The position numbers and the translations under genes were made by a program. The notes below the pieces were generated by a model. That model was not told where the DNA came from. It saw only the letters and a program-made list of their open reading frames with translations, and ran no database searches. DNA of 64,000 bases, taken from assembly GCF_009914755.1 (NCBI RefSeq), contig NC_060935.1; one strand, given 5' to 3'. This document shows, piece by piece, positions 56,769 through 64,000 of the stretch; position 1 is the stretch's first letter; the number at the start of each line of letters is the position of its first letter. This DNA is from the human T2T-CHM13v2.0 reference genome, Homo sapiens.

Positions 56769-57785
56769 ATGGGGGAAAAATAGAGCAGAAAAGCTGAAAA
56801 TTCTAAAAATCAGAATGCCTCTCCCCCACCAAAGGAACACAGCTCCTTGCCAGCAACGGAACAAAGTGGGACAGAGAATGACTTTGATGAGTTGAGAGAA
56901 GAAGGCTTCAGATGATCAAACTTCTCTGAGCTAAAGGAGGAAGTTCAAACCCACCGCAAAGAAGCTAAAAACCTTGAAAACAGATTAGATGAATGGCTAA
57001 CTAGAATAACCAGTGTAGAGAAGTCCTTAAATGACCTGATGGAGCTGAAAACCATGGCACGAGAACTATGTGACGAATGCACAAGTTTCAGTAGCTGATT
57101 CAATGGACTGGAAGAAAGGGTATCAGTGATGGAAAATCAAATGAATGAAATGAAGCAAGAAGAGAAGTTCAGAGAGAAAAGAGTAAAAAGAAACGATCAA
57201 AGCCTCCAAGAAATATGGGACTATGTGAAAAGACCAAATCTATGTCTGATTGGTGTACCTGAAAGTGATGGGGAGAATGGAACCAAGCTGGAAAACACTC
57301 TGCAGAATATTATCCCAGAGAACTTCCCCAACCTAGCAAGGCAGGCCAACATTCAAACTCAGGAAATACAGAGAACGCCACAAAGATACTCCTCGAGAAG
57401 AGCAACTACAAGACACATAATGGTCAGATTCACCAAAGTTGAAATGAAGGAAAAAATGTTAAGGGCAGCCAGAGAGAAATGTCGGGTTACCCACAAAGGG
57501 AAGCCCATCAGACTAACAGCTGATCTCTCGGCAGAAACTCTACAAGCCAGAAGAGAGTGGGGGCCAATATTCAACATTCTTAAAGAAAACAATTTTCAAC
57601 TCAGAATTACATATCCAGCCAAACTAAGCTTCATAAAAGAAGGAGAAATAAAATCCTTTACAGACAAACAAATGCTGAGAGATTTTGTCACCACCAGGCC
57701 TGCCCTAAAAGAGCTCCTGAAGGAAGCACTAAACATGGAAAGAAACAACTGGTACCAGCCACTGCAAAAACATGCGAAACTGTAA
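56769..57785 (+). pseudogene. L1 ORF1 (338-codon span) disrupted by premature stops; C-terminal 219 aa open
   Basis: ATG GGG GAA AAA TAG (stop at codon 5); ORF track 57126-57785 has the RRM/CTD (IWDYVKRPNL...YPAKLSF...KHAKL). Confidence 0.9.
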
Positions 57786-57848
57786 AGACCATCGATGCTA
57801 GGAAGAAACTGCATCAACTAATGAGCAAAATAACCAGCTGACATCATA

Positions 57849-61657
<3,809 letters not shown>

Positions 61658-62419
61658 ACAATGAGAACACTTGGACATGGGAAGGGGAACATCACACACC
61701 GGGGCCTGTCATGGGGTGGGGTGAGGTGCGAGGGATAGCATTAGGAGATGTACCTAATGTAAGTGAGGAGTTAATAGGTGCAGCACACCAACATGGCACA
61801 TGTATACATATGTAACAAACCTGCACCTTGTGCACATGTACCCTAGAACTTAAAGTATAATAAAAAAAATAGTACAACCATTTGTGAAAACAATTTTGTC
61901 AGTTTCTCCTAAATGTTTTCAGGCACTAAGCATGTATCCCAGAAATTCTACTTGTAAGCAATTATTCATGTAAACTAACATAAAAGTATAAACAGCCATT
62001 CATAACTTCCCATTGCATATTTATTTGCAATAATGAAAAAGTAGAAACCGTGCAGATGTCCATGAAATAAAAAATGGTCAAATAAATTATAGTTGCAGTA
62101 TACAAATTGTGGTATATATTTACAGTAGAATACTACTCAGCAATAAAAATTTATGTACTACTGATATATACAATTGTGCAGATGAATGTCAAAAACATTT
62201 TGCTGAGCTATATGTAGAGAGAGACCCTATATATACACATATATATGTCATATATACATATAGATTCCATTTATATAATTTTCTAGGGAAATTATGATCA
62301 TTCTATAGTTACAGCAGATAAGTTATTGTCTGGAGCTAAGAATGGGAATCTGACTTCAACAACACCTTAAGGAGTTTTTTGCCATGATGGAAACATTTCA
62401 TATCTACTATATGCCCCTC

Positions 62420-62870
62420 AGTTGCAATTTGTCTGATGTATTTCTTCATGATTAGATCAGGGTTAGATGGTTTTAGGAGGAAGACCACAGAGGTGAATAG
62501 CCAGTCTCATCATATCATATCAAAGGTTTGTGCTATCAACATGACTTGTCATTAGTGATGTTAATCTTGATCACCTGGGTGAGCTAGTGCTTGTCATGCT
62601 TTTCTACTGTAAAGTTAAACTTTTTTCTTTCTACCAAATTTTAAAAGCAAGTCATTAAGAATAGTTTCTTATAAAACATGACTCATAATTTTGTAAGCAC
62701 TTCCTTACCTTTTGACATTACAAGAGGGCCCATGCACAGCTTGTATATTCCCCCTACTCTGAATTGGCCTTTTCTCAAAGTCATCTGGCTCCTTTTGTTG
62801 AAAAAATAGCATTTAGAAACCAGTATCTGGGTACTGGGTGTGCTTGTTGCAACTGTGTTGTCACTTTAGC
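62420..62870 (-). mobile_element. L1MC4/5-like 3' UTR fragments
   Basis: CATGATTAGA...GGAAGACCACAGAGGTG...TTGATCACCTGG; TTTAGAAACCAGTATCTGGGTACTGGGTGTGC. Confidence 0.6.
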
Positions 62871-63276
62871 CTTCATTTTAAGGGACTTAAAATAATATTT
62901 ATCTCTACTTTTCATGAAATTAAGTAAATGTATTCAAACTTCTTAAACTGCATATAAAAGGTAATATCTTCAATTTTATTTTTAATACTTGGTTTAAATA
63001 ACTGAAGATAATCTGAAAGGATGTGATTTTGTTTCTGGAAAGCAGAGCAAGCCTGTAAACCCCAGTAGTCTCTTCTTAATAATAGATATCTGCACCTTCT
63101 CCACCTGGTCATGCTACAGAAAGAGGGCTAACAGGAGATTAATGTGAGTGACAAACCTCTGTTGGGTACTAAGACTAGACAAGCAGAAACTGGTACCATT
63201 TCAGAAATTAGTGTCTTCACAACCAACTCCAGGAAGTTGGACTTACCAAGACCTTCCAGAAACAGGTCCTCTAGGC

Positions 63277-63606
63277 CAGCAGTCCCCCACCTTCTGGCAC
63301 CAGTTTCAAGGAAGACAAGTTATCCACAGACAAGGTTGGGGAGACAGTGATGGTTTTGAGATGATTCAAGCACATTACCTTGATCATTAGATTCTCATAA
63401 GGAGATGCAACCTAGATCCCTCACATGCACAGTTCACAGTAGGATTTGTGCTCCTGTGAGAATCTAATACCGTTGCTGATCTGACAGGAGGTGAAACTCA
63501 GCTTCACGTGATCATCCACTGTACTGCTCACTTTCTGCTATGCAGCCTGGTTTCTCACAGGCCATGGACTGGTACATGTCTGTGGCACGGGGGTTAGGGA
63601 CCCCTG
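63277..63606 (-). mobile_element. MER1B-like hAT-Charlie element
   Basis: TIRs CAGCAGTCCCCCACC / GGTTAGGGACCCCTG; TSD CTCTAGGC / CTCCGGGC; homologous in reverse to 16711-17076. Confidence 0.85.
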
Positions 63607-64000
63607 CTCCGGGCTACCGGTGGTTTTTGTCCCATTCCTGAAATAGGTCAAGTACTCCATATTCCTTAATGAAAATACTGAACTAGGATATCTTTCACTT
63701 CTGATAAATGAGAGTGTGTAAAATTGATCTTGTATAGTTTTATGGTCTCAGCCTGGTTCCTGGATATTATAAAATATGACCACTATGAAATATACTTCAA
63801 AATGGAGCCCTGAGGCAACTTGACCGATGAATGAAAGCAGTCTCATCTGTTCTGTGTGATTAATGCCCTAGTGGTGTCTCCTTGCAAAGACACACAGACT
63901 TCCAAACAAATGCTCAGTCTGATACCCTGTTAGAAGAATGTCAAGCTAAACCAGTACATTTGGATCACTTCCTCTACCCCAGGGATTTTATAAACAGCTG

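Noticed and set aside
63100-64000. Moderately GC-balanced sequence around MER1B that might be a decayed coding or ERV-internal remnant
   Set aside because: No recognisable motif in the frames I could read; a Dfam/tBLASTn search is needed

Overview
AT-rich, repeat-dense primate genomic DNA. AluY and L1PA3/4-type elements point to an ape, most likely human, intergenic or deep-intronic region. No host protein-coding gene, RNA gene or CRISPR array is supported, and the ORFs I could assign are transposon remnants. The window holds a full-length ~6.1 kb L1PA5-like LINE-1 (ORF1/ORF2 dead, antisense ORF0 open), two older L1 5' halves, two twin-primed (5'-inverted) L1s, eight Alus, two complete MaLR proviral structures (MST), several solo LTRs (THE1, MLT1, MLT2), hAT-Charlie MITEs (MER1, MER3, MER5), MIRs and microsatellites. 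I cannot support a new gene system. The most notable unexplained signal is a recurring set of locally templated DNA-repair scars: two non-tandem copy-paste duplications (322 bp and ~174 bp) with microhomology or fold-back junctions, a tail-less internal L1 fragment flanked by hairpins, and several micro inverted-repeat insertions. There is also a possible short gene-conversion tract between two inverted L1s. Repeat subfamily names come from recalled consensus motifs, not from an alignment.
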